Of a DNA stretch of 64,000 nucleotides, positions 14,075 through 26,336 are shown one piece after another. Position 1 is the first letter of the stretch. Every line of letters starts with the position of its first letter. Source of the stretch: Eledone cirrhosa. Taxonomy: Eukaryota. The notes under the pieces were generated by a model. It was not told the origin of the DNA. It worked only from the letters and a program-made list of their open reading frames with translations, and searched no databases. The stretch spans positions 32,984,001 to 33,048,000 of the forward strand of contig OZ024748.1 of assembly GCA_964016885.1 (NCBI GenBank), read 5' to 3'. The position numbers were made by a program, and so were the translations under genes.

Positions 14075-15031
14075 ACTAGACATGAAAAATACGCAAGCTC
14101 AAAAGTGCCACAGAATGTTATAATAAACCTTCAAAAGTGTGGGACTAGAGTTGTTGCTAAAAAATATTGTAATCATTATATATCGTACATTCTGTGGCAT
14201 CCTTTATAAAAATAGCTTAAACCAACGAAGCCTTTATTTTTACGCTATTTCACTTAGTTAATTCTTAGAGTGTAACATATAAAAATATCATTTACAACTA
14301 TAAAATAAATTAATTAATATAATAACAGAGCTGCGGAGCTGAAATTTAGGAAATAATGGAGTATCGGATCCTGAGTTGGAGCCAGTCAATTTTTGGCCGA
14401 CTCCGCAGCCCTGTATAATACATTTCATATTAAAGTTATTAATAAACCTATTTTACACTTCATGCAAATTACCACGAGATATTGATATTAGATATAAGAT
14501 ACAGCGCAATATCTACAGCTGTAAAAGTACGAAAGCGAAGTAATAATAAGTGGCTTAAGGTAATTCCAATATGAAAGTTTGTAGTGATAAAAATTTGATA
14601 ATGCAATACGATTGTTAATATTATAGTTCTATGAAAATGTAACAATAGATAACTAAATTATTTTACTATTAGTATATTTAAGAAATTATCATTATAGATT
14701 TGATCGTTCATATAAGCATCATATTAAGTTTCAACACAATTATTTTGTTACTATGAGTATATGATAATAATATTACGTAATTATTTATAGCTGTTATTAC
14801 ATTAAACATAGATGTATTTATTTTTATATGTTACACTCTAAGAATTAACTAAGTGAAATAGCGTAAAAATAAAGGCTTCGTTGGTTTAAGCTATTTTTAT
14901 AAAGGATGCCACAGAATGTACGATATATAATGATTACAATATTTTTTAGCAACAACTCTAGTCCCACACTTTTGAAGGTTTATTATAACATTCTGTGGCA
15001 CTTTTGAGCTTGCGCATTTTTCATGTCTAGT
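14075..15031. mobile_element. Non-autonomous DNA transposon with 213-bp TIRs, flanked by TTAA
   Basis: 14075-14287 is a near-perfect reverse complement of 14819-15031; TTAA at 14071-14074 and 15032-15035. Confidence 0.8.
14326..14413. mobile_element. Tiny hAT-like MITE
   Basis: cagagctgcggag / ctccgcagccctg termini; 8-bp flanks tataataa / tataatac. Confidence 0.65.
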
Positions 15032-16148
15032 TTAATATTTTTTTAAGGCAACGCTTGTAATAACTCTAGTTAAACAGGATATATATTAATAATAAATTAT
15101 CGTTGTAATGTAATTAGATTATGTAATTGTTATTATAAATTATCTTATAAATATTAGTGTAAGATGTATAAAAATATTTTCAGACTTTTAATATAAACAA
15201 CTACAAAAAACAATCAATATTAAATCAATATATTATACATAATAGAAAACATAAAATATACAATACAAAAACAAAATATTTACATACAATTGCAATTATC
15301 AGTGTATATACATTTTCTTTATATTCCCTGAGCAAATTAATAAGATTTGTTTTTATTGTACATAATTTGATGACTTGTTGGAGTGTATTAAAAGATAGCA
15401 ACAATTTGTGATTAAATTGTTATCTTAAGCAACTCACTTTTTAATAGTTGTTGGCTGAGCGAAATTGTAAAAGCCTATGAGCAAATATAAAAAAAAATAC
15501 ACAAACAACATTTCCTTGTGTTATTACAACATTAGATAAAATAATTGAGCAATGTCGTTATATTTTGCTCTTATTGCACATTAATAGTGTTACTATTTTT
15601 CGGCACAAATCCATTACGGCAGTCCATTACTGGTACTTTATTTTATCGAATTAGTAAGTATGAAAGTCGAAGTTAACCTCGGCAGGATTTGAACTTAGAA
15701 TGCAAAGGACCATAACAATACTGCAAAGCATGGTGTCTGACGCTCTACCAATACTTGTGTTGAGCTGGTCATTAATTTATGGTGGTCGTGCGTGGAGTAG
15801 AGCAATCGCTAGTTGAAATATTATGAACAAAACATTTTTATTTGCCGAAGAACATATTTTTAATACTGTTTGTGAATGTGACGAAGGAAATACATTCTGA
15901 TATGGAACAGTGTACAAAGTGTGTCTGTGAATAACATAATGTTACCTCATGTTGTTGTCAAGACATAATGGATTTCGTATATCCAGTTAGAAGATGAAAC
16001 CTAGCCATCTCGGATTAGTTATATTTCATGCCATGTGTAAACGTGTTTGAGGATAGCAAAATATGCGCGTTAATTATAATAATTAGTTAATAATATTACA
16101 AAATATACCTAATTAAACTCTTTGCTTGAAATTTTATCATTCTTCGTT

Positions 16149-16183
<35 letters not shown>

Positions 16184-16807
16184 GGAGAGAGATTTATCTA
16201 GTCCTTCGCTCAAGATTAATCTATAAGTTTAGATGTTTGCCTTCGTTTAAGTAAATATTACAGTAAGATTTTTAATATAAACAACTACAAAAAACAATTA
16301 ATATTAAAACGAAAAAATTATCAATGATAAAAGAAGCGGATGCAACTTTTTTTTTTATAAAGTTATATTCCTGTTTCTTTAAAGAACATTTCATTTTTGT
16401 TCTATTGTAGGCGAAATAATGCAATGGTTTAATAGGGAAGATATAACTTACGAATTATGTCTCTAACCGTGTAACGCTTTTTAAGTAGATAACTACAATT
16501 GAAAATACTAAAGAAATGGAACCAACAATTCAATTTGAAAGTCGTCTAGTGACAGTGTATTACTGGTACTTTATTTTATCGACCCCGTAACGATGAAAGG
16601 CAAAAATGCAAATGCTTAAAATTTAAATTGCCTTAATTCTATCGTCTGCTGTTTCATTAAAGGGAGATTATCGTCTGTATTTAATTCTATCGTCTACTGT
16701 TCCACTAAACAGATATACCTCCACTATCGTCTCTATTTATACATTTTAACTTATAACTTAAACACATTTGATTTGAAATATTTTATCTAGTCCCCCCTCT
16801 CAATATT

Positions 16808-16850
16808 ATGATGATTTCTTTCGAATGAAACAGTTCTAGTCCTGTAGAAA
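16808..16850 (+). ncRNA. Degenerate hammerhead (same family as 5531)
   Basis: aTGATGA-tttc..gaat-GAAAcagttctagtcctGTA; C3 lost and stem I poor. Confidence 0.55.
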
Positions 16851-17598
16851 CCATTTATATATATAATTGAACTGAGTTAAAAATTCACAATATTTATAAT
16901 TAAATAAGCTCATATATATATGTGTGTATTTATCTGTTTATTGTATTATATATAATGTGTGTATATACAGGATGTCCCCCCAAAATATATACACACTTCA
17001 ACAGCATTCTAATAACTATTGCCTGTACAGGTAATCAAAGTGTCAATCGAATGTTAGTTTCGTGTTTTAACAGTACAAATTTACAATACACACATAAAAC
17101 CAGTGTATATACATACATGAGTGTGTATACACATACATGAATGTGTATATACAATATATATGTATATATATATAGACACATATATTCACGGTGCAACGGT
17201 ACATTAAAATATAGATGCGGGAGAGGGGGGGGTGTATATATAGGGGCGCTGGGGATAAAGGAGTGTAAAGCGTGTGTAATTGATATATTGAAGGAGAGGA
17301 GCGTGCAGCGATAGAGTAACAAATATATAGAGAGGGGGAGAGATGGTATTGAAGGGGAGGAGTGCAAAGCGAAAGAGTAAGAGATATATATAGAGACGGA
17401 ACAGATAGAGAGAAACAGGCGTAAGTAACAGTGGAAGAGATATAGAGAGAGGTACTCTGATTGGTTGAAAATTAGCCAATGACATACGATCACCACCACC
17501 ACGGCTATCCCTGAAAAATTTTTTAAGAAGCTACGCATATATGTTAGAACACGAAAAGTGAACATTCTGTTGTTTCACACTTTTCGTGTTCTAACAGA

Positions 17599-17860
17599 TA
17601 TACTGTTATTTAAACCTTTCCGACACTAATTTGCATAATAAACCAACAACAAATCTAATAACTCCACTGTCCAGAAGATTCCAACCAGAATGGTTGCATT
17701 TTTTCAGTGTATGTCAATATTTATTTATAAAACTAACCTATATTATATTTTATCTGATCAAAGCGCACCATAGTTTGCCTTGGTGGCCCTTGAAATATGT
17801 AAAAAGAAATAAATATGGTTTTATAAATATAGTTTCCATTTGTTAATATATTGTATATAT
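17599..17860 (+). mobile_element. PLE 3' UTR, right part, with mutated HHR (CTGATCA at 17754)
   Basis: Reverse complement of about 3400-3634; resumes where 14074 stops. Confidence 0.8.
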
Positions 17861-17883
17861 AAATATATATATATATATAAATA

Positions 17884-18090
17884 TCATCATCACCATCATC
17901 ATCATCATTTTACGTCCACTTTTCCCTACTTGCAAGGGTGGGACGGGAACTGATTCTGGGTTGATTTATACAGCTGGATGCCCTTCCTAACATCAACCTC
18001 ATTTACAATGAGTGCTGTGTGATTTTTTGAGGCACCTCCACATCCACTTTACAGTGTGGGCTGGATGCTTTTTTGCCGTGGCACCTCCAC
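17884..18090 (-). mobile_element. SINE family B, 3' part
   Basis: Matches 52222-52586. Confidence 0.8.
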
Positions 18091-18093
18091 TAT

Positions 18094-18301
18094 TGACTAC
18101 CTCAACACCAACGATCATCTCACAGGTAAGTACATATCCATCAAAGCTGGAGGTGAACTAATTATCAAAGTACTTCAACATCTTTTAAACTCATTTATCA
18201 CTCCAGGAAAAAAGCCCAGACATGTTCAAGAAAGCATTGATAGTTGTACTCTACAAAAAGGTAGCAGACTTGATTGTGGGAACTATTGTACTATCAGCCT
18301 A
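18094..18301 (+). pseudogene. Old LINE (RTE-like) RT fragment; second copy at about 35413-35622
   Basis: IKAGGE...KGSRLDCGNYCTISLL resembles the KG...CxNYRxISLL RT domain 1-2 motif. Confidence 0.65.
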
Positions 18302-18430
18302 TTAACCCTTTAATGTTCAAACCGGCCAAAATTCTCTACCTCTTTCTGTTGAAACTGGCTTTAACTGGCCACTCAAACTGATGTTATGGTATTGTTCTCA
18401 AAATAAATACTTTCAAAATCTCATAGATGC
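18302..18430 (+). mobile_element. TTAA-CCCTTT (piggyBac-like) MITE end abutting the satellite; second copy at about 35623-35748
   Basis: ttaa|ccctttaatgttcaaaccggcc; no partner TIR found. Confidence 0.45.
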
Positions 18431-19086
18431 GATATTATGTAAGATAAAGCCTTTACTGTGAAAATACAATAGTATATATAGAGTTATGTAAATGTTATGT
18501 GAGATATTATGTAAGATAAAGCCTTTACTGTGAAAATACAATAGTATATGTAGAGTAGTGTAAATGTTATGTGACATATTATCTGAGGTAAACCCTTTAC
18601 TGTGAAAATATAAAAGTATAGATAGAGTAATGTAAATGTTTTGTGAGATATTATGTGAGGTAAAGACTTTACTGTGAAAATACAATAGTATATATAGAGT
18701 AATGTAAATGTTATGTGAGATATTATGTAAGATAAAGCCTGTACTTCCAAATACAATAGTATATATAGAGGAACGTAAATGTTATATGAGGTATTATGTG
18801 ATGTAAAGCCTTTACTCTGAAAATACAATAGATTATATATAGAGTAATGTAAATGTTATGTGAGATATTATGTAAGGTAAAGCCTTTACTTTGAAAATAC
18901 AATAGTATATATAGAGTAATGTAAATGTTATGTGAGATATTATCTGAGGTATAGACTTTACTGTGAAAATATAATAGTATATATAGAGTAATGTAAATGT
19001 TATGTGAGATATTATGTGAGGTAAAGACTTTACTGTGAAAATATAATAGTATATATAGAGTAATGTAACTGTTATGTGAGGTAAAG
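18430..19086. repeat. 72-bp satellite array
   Basis: Unit atgttatgtgagatattatgtgaggtaaagactttactgtgaaaatacaatagtatatatagagtaatgtaa. Confidence 0.95.
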
Positions 19087-19409
19087 CTTCTTCTTCGTCT
19101 GTCTCTCTCTCACACATTTTCTCTTCCTCTCTCTAGAATGCCAGATCATTTCTCAACCATGGAACCATGTATTACTTGATGTCCGGTTTAGTGGTCACAA
19201 ACTGTCAGATTTCTCTGACCCTATATTTTTGCTTATCATCAAGGTAAGATCTCCCTTTATACATATCCTGCTTTGTGGGGTTGGTGTTAGGAAGGGTCTC
19301 CAGCTGTAAAATACCCAACAGTCCTCACCGGAACAAAGCACAATGGGGGCCAACTATGACCAGACTTGACCCAGACTCTGCCTCCTTCACTGTGTTTATC
19401 ACCAGAACT

Positions 19410-19791
19410 ATTATATCATAATCATTTTACATCCGCTTTTCCCTGCTTGCAAGGGTGGGATGGGAACTGATTCTGGGTTGATTTCTACAGCTGGATGCCC
19501 TTCTTAACACCAACCTCATTTACAGTGAGTGCTGGGTGCTTTTTTGCCGTTGCACCTCCACGACCACTTTGCAGTGAGTGCTGGGTGCTTTTTTGCCGTT
19601 GCACCTCCACGACCACTTTGCAGTGGAATGATGGGGACCCCAGTCCTATCATCTCATTTCTACAGCTGAGTAAACTGGAGCAATGTGAAATAAAGTGTCT
19701 TGCTCAAGGAAACAACACATCACCCGGTCTGAGAATTGAACTCACAACCTTTCGATTGCAAGGCCAATGCTCTAACCTTTAAGCCATGTGC
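19410..19791 (-). mobile_element. SINE family B
   Basis: tRNA-like head, ccttgagcaagacactt core, (ATG)n tail; head cut by the inversion breakpoint. Confidence 0.85.
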
Positions 19792-20081
19792 TGAAGGAGG
19801 CAGAGTCTGGGTCAAGTCTGGCCATAGTTGGCCCCCATTGTGCTTTGCTCCGATGAGGACTGTTGGGTATTTTACAGCTGGAGACCCTTCCTAACACCAA
19901 CCACACAAAGCAGGATATGAATAAAGGGAGAACTTACCTTGATGATGTTCAGAGAAATCTGACAGTTTGTGACCCTAAACAGGACATCAAGTACTACATT
20001 GTTCCATGGTTGAGAAAGGATCTGGCATTCTAGAGAGAGAGGAAGAGAAAATGTGTGAGAGAGACACAGAAGAAGAAGAAG

Positions 20082-20332
20082 CTTTACCTCACATAACATT
20101 TACATTACACTATATATACTATTGTATTCTCACAGTAAAGGCTCTACCTCACATAACATTTACATTACATGTTTACGTTTATAATTTGCTTGTTTATTAC
20201 TTTATATATACTATTGCGTTTTCACAATAAAGTTTACCTCACATAATATCTCATATACCATTTACATTACTCTATATATACTATTGTACTTGGAAGTACA
20301 GGCTTTACCTCAGATAATATCTCACATAACAT
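20082..20332. repeat. 72-bp satellite, inverted and degenerate
   Basis: Reverse complement of the unit above. Confidence 0.85.
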
Positions 20333-20542
20333 CTCGTATACGAGAGACATGTGTTGACTTGTGTGAACAAGATCGGCTACCGAGTTGGATTTACTTACTC
20401 AAAAGTGAGTTTTGATTAATTTTTTTATACTGTAATATACGTTAACCCCTTGCCTTGGTCGTCAAACTTTGAGTTTATTTATTTTCGCCCCTGTTTGGGG
20501 CGAATTTTCCAGTTAAAAATTTATTACGGCAAACTAATAGAA

Positions 20543-22252
20543 ATGGACGGAATTTTCACATCTCATCCTAACGAGAAAGCCACGCCCCCTAAGAAAGGTG
20601 ATACAGAGAAGCTAGAAGCACAATGCTCTAAGTCTTCCCTCCTCACTTCTGCAAAAGAAACATGGAACACGGAATTAAAAGAAAAATTTGTAAAAATGGG
20701 TGAAAACCCAGAAAGTCACATAAACGCAGACAAAAACAACAATGACAATAACAGCAATAGTCACAACACCAACCAAGGAAAAAATAACGATAACACCAAA
20801 CAAAGCGAACCCACTACTGGTGCCTCCTTTGCACAGGCGGTCCGGAAAACACAGACCTGCAAGCAACTGGACATTACAACTCTGAGAGAAAAGATGAAGG
20901 AAGAAAAACAGTATGTAACTTTCAAAGAAGGAGGAGACTTCACAATCACCTCCCCACAAGAAATCAAAAGAGACACGACACTAAGAACGATATCTTTCAG
21001 AACAATTTCCAACATAACAAGGAAACCAGCTCAATTATCCCAAAAAGAGATTGAGCTGGTCCTAAAAAATGTGTGGAGTGATATATCGTTCATACAAAAA
21101 GGGCCACTCTATGGGAATATAACGGTGCTAATGAAGGATCAATTGACGGCCAGGAAATACTCTGTGGCGCCAATTGTTTCCAAGCTACACACATTTTTTC
21201 CCACATATTAAGGGAAAAGAACGCAGAAAATAAGAGTCTCCGGAATCCGGCCAAATGCATGCATTTCCTGGGTACTAACAGGATTTTTAGAAGACGAGGA
21301 CGGAATCCTCTCAGTAGGAGAAGTCACCACAGACGTTTTCGGCGGTTTGAGCGCGGAGGTTCTGGTCCAAATGAGACCAGAACGAATAGCTAGAATACCA
21401 CAGAGGGTGTCCCTCGATGGAGAAACATTTATATTCATTTCAGCCGAGGGTAGGAGGCCCATATGTTACTACTGTTCAAGCAGGAGTCATCTAAGGGCTG
21501 CCTGTCCTCAATTGACAAAAAAAAGCTCTTTTGCCTACACCCCACACACCACCACCACCACCACAACAACAACAAAAACAATACGGAAAAATAACACAAT
21601 ACACGGCCCCACCCAAAACAACTCCCAAAACACACACAAACACAACAAAACCCCAAAATACACCACTACCCGACAGCACGGACGAGGACCCAGCTGAAAC
21701 GGCACCTAGTGACGAAGAGGGGGGGACCCTTCCAACCTGTAAAAAGGAAAAAAAAGAAAGCACCACATGAACATAAACGAAACAAACACACAACCACCAA
21801 CAAAAACAAAACAAACAGAACAAACAAAATCCGCCCCACCCCAAAACATAACACATACAACAAAACGTAAGCACACACAAGAACAACAAACAAACACAAC
21901 ACAAATAAAACAGTATACATACATTAACACAAATAACAAAGAACTAGTAAAAACAATACACAAAGACACTTCAGTGGAAACTGAAGGGCAATTCTTTGCA
22001 AGCGCAGCCAACAAACCGCATTTAAAAATGATAAGACTCCCAATGGACACCTATGCAAAACTAAGAGAGAACTTTCCTGAGGACGTGGGGAAAACATGTA
22101 CTCGACCCTATAACCGCGTCCTCTTGAAACGTTTCCCCACCCACACCTCACCAAACACCCCCACTCCACCACAGAACAACACCCCACCAAACAACCCCTC
22201 CAATACGCCCATGGATATTGTGCAACCTGTTCCTCAGGAGCCGAACAGGTAG
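20543..22252 (+). pseudogene. LINE ORF1 (CCHC knuckle), disrupted
   Basis: SFAQAV, CYYCSSRSHLRAAC; stop at 21209 and frameshifts. Confidence 0.85.
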
Positions 22253-22273
22253 GTCCTTCCTCTTTTAACCAAC

Positions 22274-25200
22274 ATGGCTGATATAAGAGTTGGGTGTCTG
22301 AATGTACGCGGCCTGGGACTGTCTTGGAAACAAGGCAAACTTTTAAACGATCTCAGGTCGCATAGAATGGATGTAATGGCTATTTGGGAGTCCAGGATCA
22401 GCAGCGAGCACCAACTGGCGCCCCTCTTCGATGACTTTGAGATCTTCGCATCTATCTGTCAACCGGTGGGTGGGGGTGGAGTTGTCGTTCTGCTGCGAAA
22501 ACACCTGGGCCTCGCCATACAGAAGGTGCACCTGGACCCGGAGGGTCGACTGGTGGTTTTAGACGTCGGCAGTAGTGAAAGTGGAGCCCTTAGACTAATT
22601 GGGCAGCACGGCCGGAATACTTCCAACGTCTGGAAACTTTTCTGGGAACGTCCCGCTCCTTGCTTTTAGTGGGGGACTGGAATGGTATCCTGGATGCACG
22701 TTGGGACTATGTAGAGGCATGTGCCAATAGAGGGGGGTGTAAAAGCCTCAAAAGGTTAATCGGCCGATTTGACCTGGCCGATAGATATCGACTAGATTTT
22801 CCGACTGTACCACTATGGACGTGGACCAATCGCAGCGGAACATCTAGGTTGAACCTAGATAGGGTCCTAGTTAGAGAGAAGGATAGGGACACATTTAGCT
22901 GTCCAAAAATGTTCATGGTTGACTATTCGGATCACAAGTTAGTGACCTGCATAGCCAACCTTGATAGAATCCATAGACAGGGACCCGGTTACTGGAAGCT
23001 GAACTTGTCCTTACCGACAAGCAAAGCTTACAGTAAACGGATTAGCACGTTAGTTAAGCAGAGTTTGACAGGGGCAATTGTCAACAACAGGTGGTGGAGC
23101 TCCCTTAAGAGAGCAATTAGAATAGAATCGATAGGTTTTAGTCAGGAATTAGCAAGGGATAGGAACAAGACGGAAAGGGAATTAGTAGATAGAGTAGAAG
23201 AGGCGATTAGGAGTGGCAATGTAGCCGGCGTGCTGGCATCAAGAATGGCCTTAGACCAGTTCTTTGAGGTGAAGCCTGAAGGCTGCGTTGTCAGGAGTAA
23301 AATACGTGCTCTGGGTAATGAGGGAGCCAAAGCTGTTAGCTGGGCCCGAGTGACAGAGGCAAAAAGTGGGAACAAGTCCACGATTCGGTCTTTGAAGGAC
23401 CAGGATGGGCGTGTGATCCTTGAACCTGGGCAGATGTGTGCGGCCTTTCAGCGGCACTTTGCACGACTGTTCGAGAGGGGCGCCGCGCCGGGTGAGACTA
23501 TGGATTTTAATCCATACCTCGACGGTCTGCCGCGCCTCTCGGTCGCGGAGGCGAAGTCCTGCGAAAGGACGATTTCAGCTGCTGAGATAGGGGCGGCGCT
23601 GAACCAATGCGGCAAACGCAAGTCCCCGGGTCTCGATGGGCTACCATACGAGCTATATGTAGCGATGCCGGACTTGTTCTCCGATATCCTCGAAGCGGTC
23701 TACTGCAACTGTCAGCAAAACGGGAGAATTCCCAGTTCTGTGACCAAGGGCGTAGTTACGCTGGTGAGGAAGGATGAGAACAAGGGGGATGTCATAAGTA
23801 ACTTCAGGCCCATAACTCTGCTAAATACAGAGTTAAAGATTTTGGCCAAGGTGTTAGCGAAGAGGTTGGCGCTTGTCGTCGGAAACCTGGTGGGAGAAGC
23901 GCAGACATGTGCAATCCCGTCCAGGTCCATTCACGACAATCTCCACCTTATGCGATACATCATAGAGAGGGTAGGGAATGAACCCGGCTTTGGTGGGGCC
24001 CTGATCAACTTGGATCAATCTAAAGCTTTCGATAGGGTTGACCATCGTTACCTGGATGCGGTGCTCGCGGCGGCAGGCTTCGGACCCGTTTTCAGGGGTT
24101 GGATTGCTGCGATGCACAGCAGCAACGTCTGCTCAAGGTTCAAGGTGAACGGCCACCTCTCGGAGCCGTTCCAAATCATGCGATCCATCCGACAGGGATG
24201 CCCTCTCTCCTCCCTTCTGTATGTGCTGGCTCTTGACCCACTACTGCGGAAGTTGGAGCGGTTGCAGGGCATCCCTTTGGAACCGGGATTGCAGAAAGCG
24301 GCGTCGGCCTACGCCGATGACGTGACAGTAATGGTGTCGAAAACCTCGCAAATCGGTGAGATCGGCACCTTACTGGAGGAATATGAAAGGTTTACAGGAG
24401 CCAAGCTGAACCGGGACAAGTCCGTCGGTTTGCAACTCGGAACATGGAGAGGCAAACCGATGCCCTCCAACGACGTCGTCGGACGCTGGACGGAGGGCCC
24501 GGTGAAGCTGCTTGGGGTCTGGTTCGGACCAGACCTCCAGGTGGAGAAAAACTGGAATGAGGTAACGGCCAGGGTGTTTTCACTCACCCAGAAGTGGGCC
24601 CAGTGCAAACTATCCCTGAAAGGTCGAGCGGAGGTGGCGAATACTTATATAGCATCCGTCATCTACTACCGCTTGACCGTCGTGCCTTGCCCAGTGAAAA
24701 GACTCGCCAAAATGGAGTGCGCGCTGTTCCAATTTCTTTGGAACAAGCGGACCCCTTTGGTGAGGAGATCCATCTGCTGTCAACACCCTTCGAAAGGAGG
24801 GCTGGGGATGCCGTGGCTACAGATGCGTAAACACGCATTAAGGCTACGGCACCTCCAGGTATTCCTCACCGGTCAACCGGTGTCGGCCCCGTTTGTGAGG
24901 CGAGCCTTTCCCAGACTCGTCTCGCTCACCGAGCTGCAATCCTGGGTCAAGCAAAGACCGAGAAAAGTGGGCGACTGGCACATTGAATGTGCCCAGGCGC
25001 TCACGGCCCTCTGGAAAGCGGACCTGGCAATCAGTGGAGACTCCACCTCGACATTCTATAGAGGGTTGGTACGCAACAGGTGCGACGATGCTCTCGGAGA
25101 AGCTCTAGGCATGGAGGAAGATGAACTGGCCAGTCTGTTCGGTAGGACGTTTGGCCCTGGGCCGATGGACAACTTCCAAAAGTCCCTGGCTTGGCAGTGC

Positions 25201-25690
25201 TACCGAGGGGCTCTACCCGTTCGAGACAAGCTCCACAGGCATGGGAGCCTGGGTAGGGATCCTTGGAATAAGATCTGTCCGAGATGCGTGCATGACGACG
25301 AAACCGTTGCGCACGCATTCGTACACTGCCCAGGCATTGCTGACCTGTGGGGCTATGTGGAACGACTACTGTCGAGGGTGGCACCAATCCGGTTGACCAC
25401 CGAGTCCATTGTCACGATCAAACCGCCTCCCCTTTTCAAAAACGAAGGAGAGTCGGTTTTTCTGTGTGATAGCCATGGCTAAAGAAGTTGTATGGTGGAC
25501 GAGGCTGAAAGGGCTGAGGTCAGACACCTTTCTCTCCGGCCAACAACTGGTCCCCTTTTTCAAATACCATTTTAAAAGAAGGATCAGAATGGAGAGAGAG
25601 GTGCTCTACCCCAGCAAGTTTTATGAAAGGTGGGTGAAAGTAGGGAGAATGGCCAGAGTGAATGGGTCTTCTCTCTATATCAGCCTGTAG
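22274..25690 (+). pseudogene. LINE ORF2 (APE endonuclease + RT + C-terminal zinc finger), two frameshifts
   Basis: LNVRGL, GDWN, SDH, GPGYWKLN, KSPGLDGL, FRPITLLN, DQSKAFDRV, IRQGCPLS, AYADDV, CPRC...ETVAHAFVHC. Confidence 0.93.
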
Positions 25691-25925
25691 GTGAAAGAAG
25701 AGGAAAAAGAGGAGACGAGGGAAGCACCTAATCTTTGTGCTCCTGAGGAGAAGGCTTGCACATTTTTTCCGGGGTGTGTGCGACCCATGTTAATGCCCCC
25801 TCCCTATTGAGGACTTCGTTTGTTGTTGTTATTTCATTGTTATATTTTTGTACTCGTTAATTATATGTAAACTTCACCCCTTGTATCTGTCCCTACCTTT
25901 TGTGCCCTAGTGGCAAATAAAGAAA

Positions 25926-26336
25926 TCACTCTATATATACTATTGTATTTTCACAGCAAAGACTTTACTGTGAAAATACAATAGTATATATAGAGTAATG
26001 TAAATGTTATGTGAGATATTATATGAGGGGAAGCCTTTACTGTGAAAATACAATAGTATATATAGAGTAATGTAAATGTTATGTGAGATATTATGTAAGA
26101 TAAAGACTTTACTGTGAAAATACAATAGTATATATAAAGTAATGTAAATGTTCTGTGAGATATTATGTGAGGTAAAGAATTTACTGTGAAAATATAATAG
26201 TATATATAGTGTAATGTAAATGTTATGTGAGATATTATGTGAGATAAAGATTTTACTGTGAAAATATAATAGTATATATAGAGTAATGTAAATGTTATCT
26301 GAGATATTATGTAAGATAAAGCCTTTACTTTGAAAA
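25926..26336. repeat. 72-bp satellite with strand switch at 25962
   Basis: Foldback palindrome 25926-25998, then direct units. Confidence 0.92.

Larger units (their letters stand above)
20333..25925 (+). mobile_element. Full-length Tx1/L1-clade non-LTR retrotransposon, copy A
   Basis: 5' UTR, ORF1 with zinc knuckle, ORF2 APE-RT-zf; ends AATAAAGAAA with no long poly(A). Confidence 0.92.

Noticed and set aside
15186-16308. ~40-bp direct repeat (ttttaatataaacaactacaaaaaacaat) at about 15186 and 16270
   Set aside because: AT-rich and short, with no TSD or other element hallmarks.
18430-19086. 72-bp, 79-bp and 93-bp arrays as CRISPR arrays or repeat proteins
   Set aside because: Whole units repeat with no unique spacers; no cas genes; eukaryotic context.
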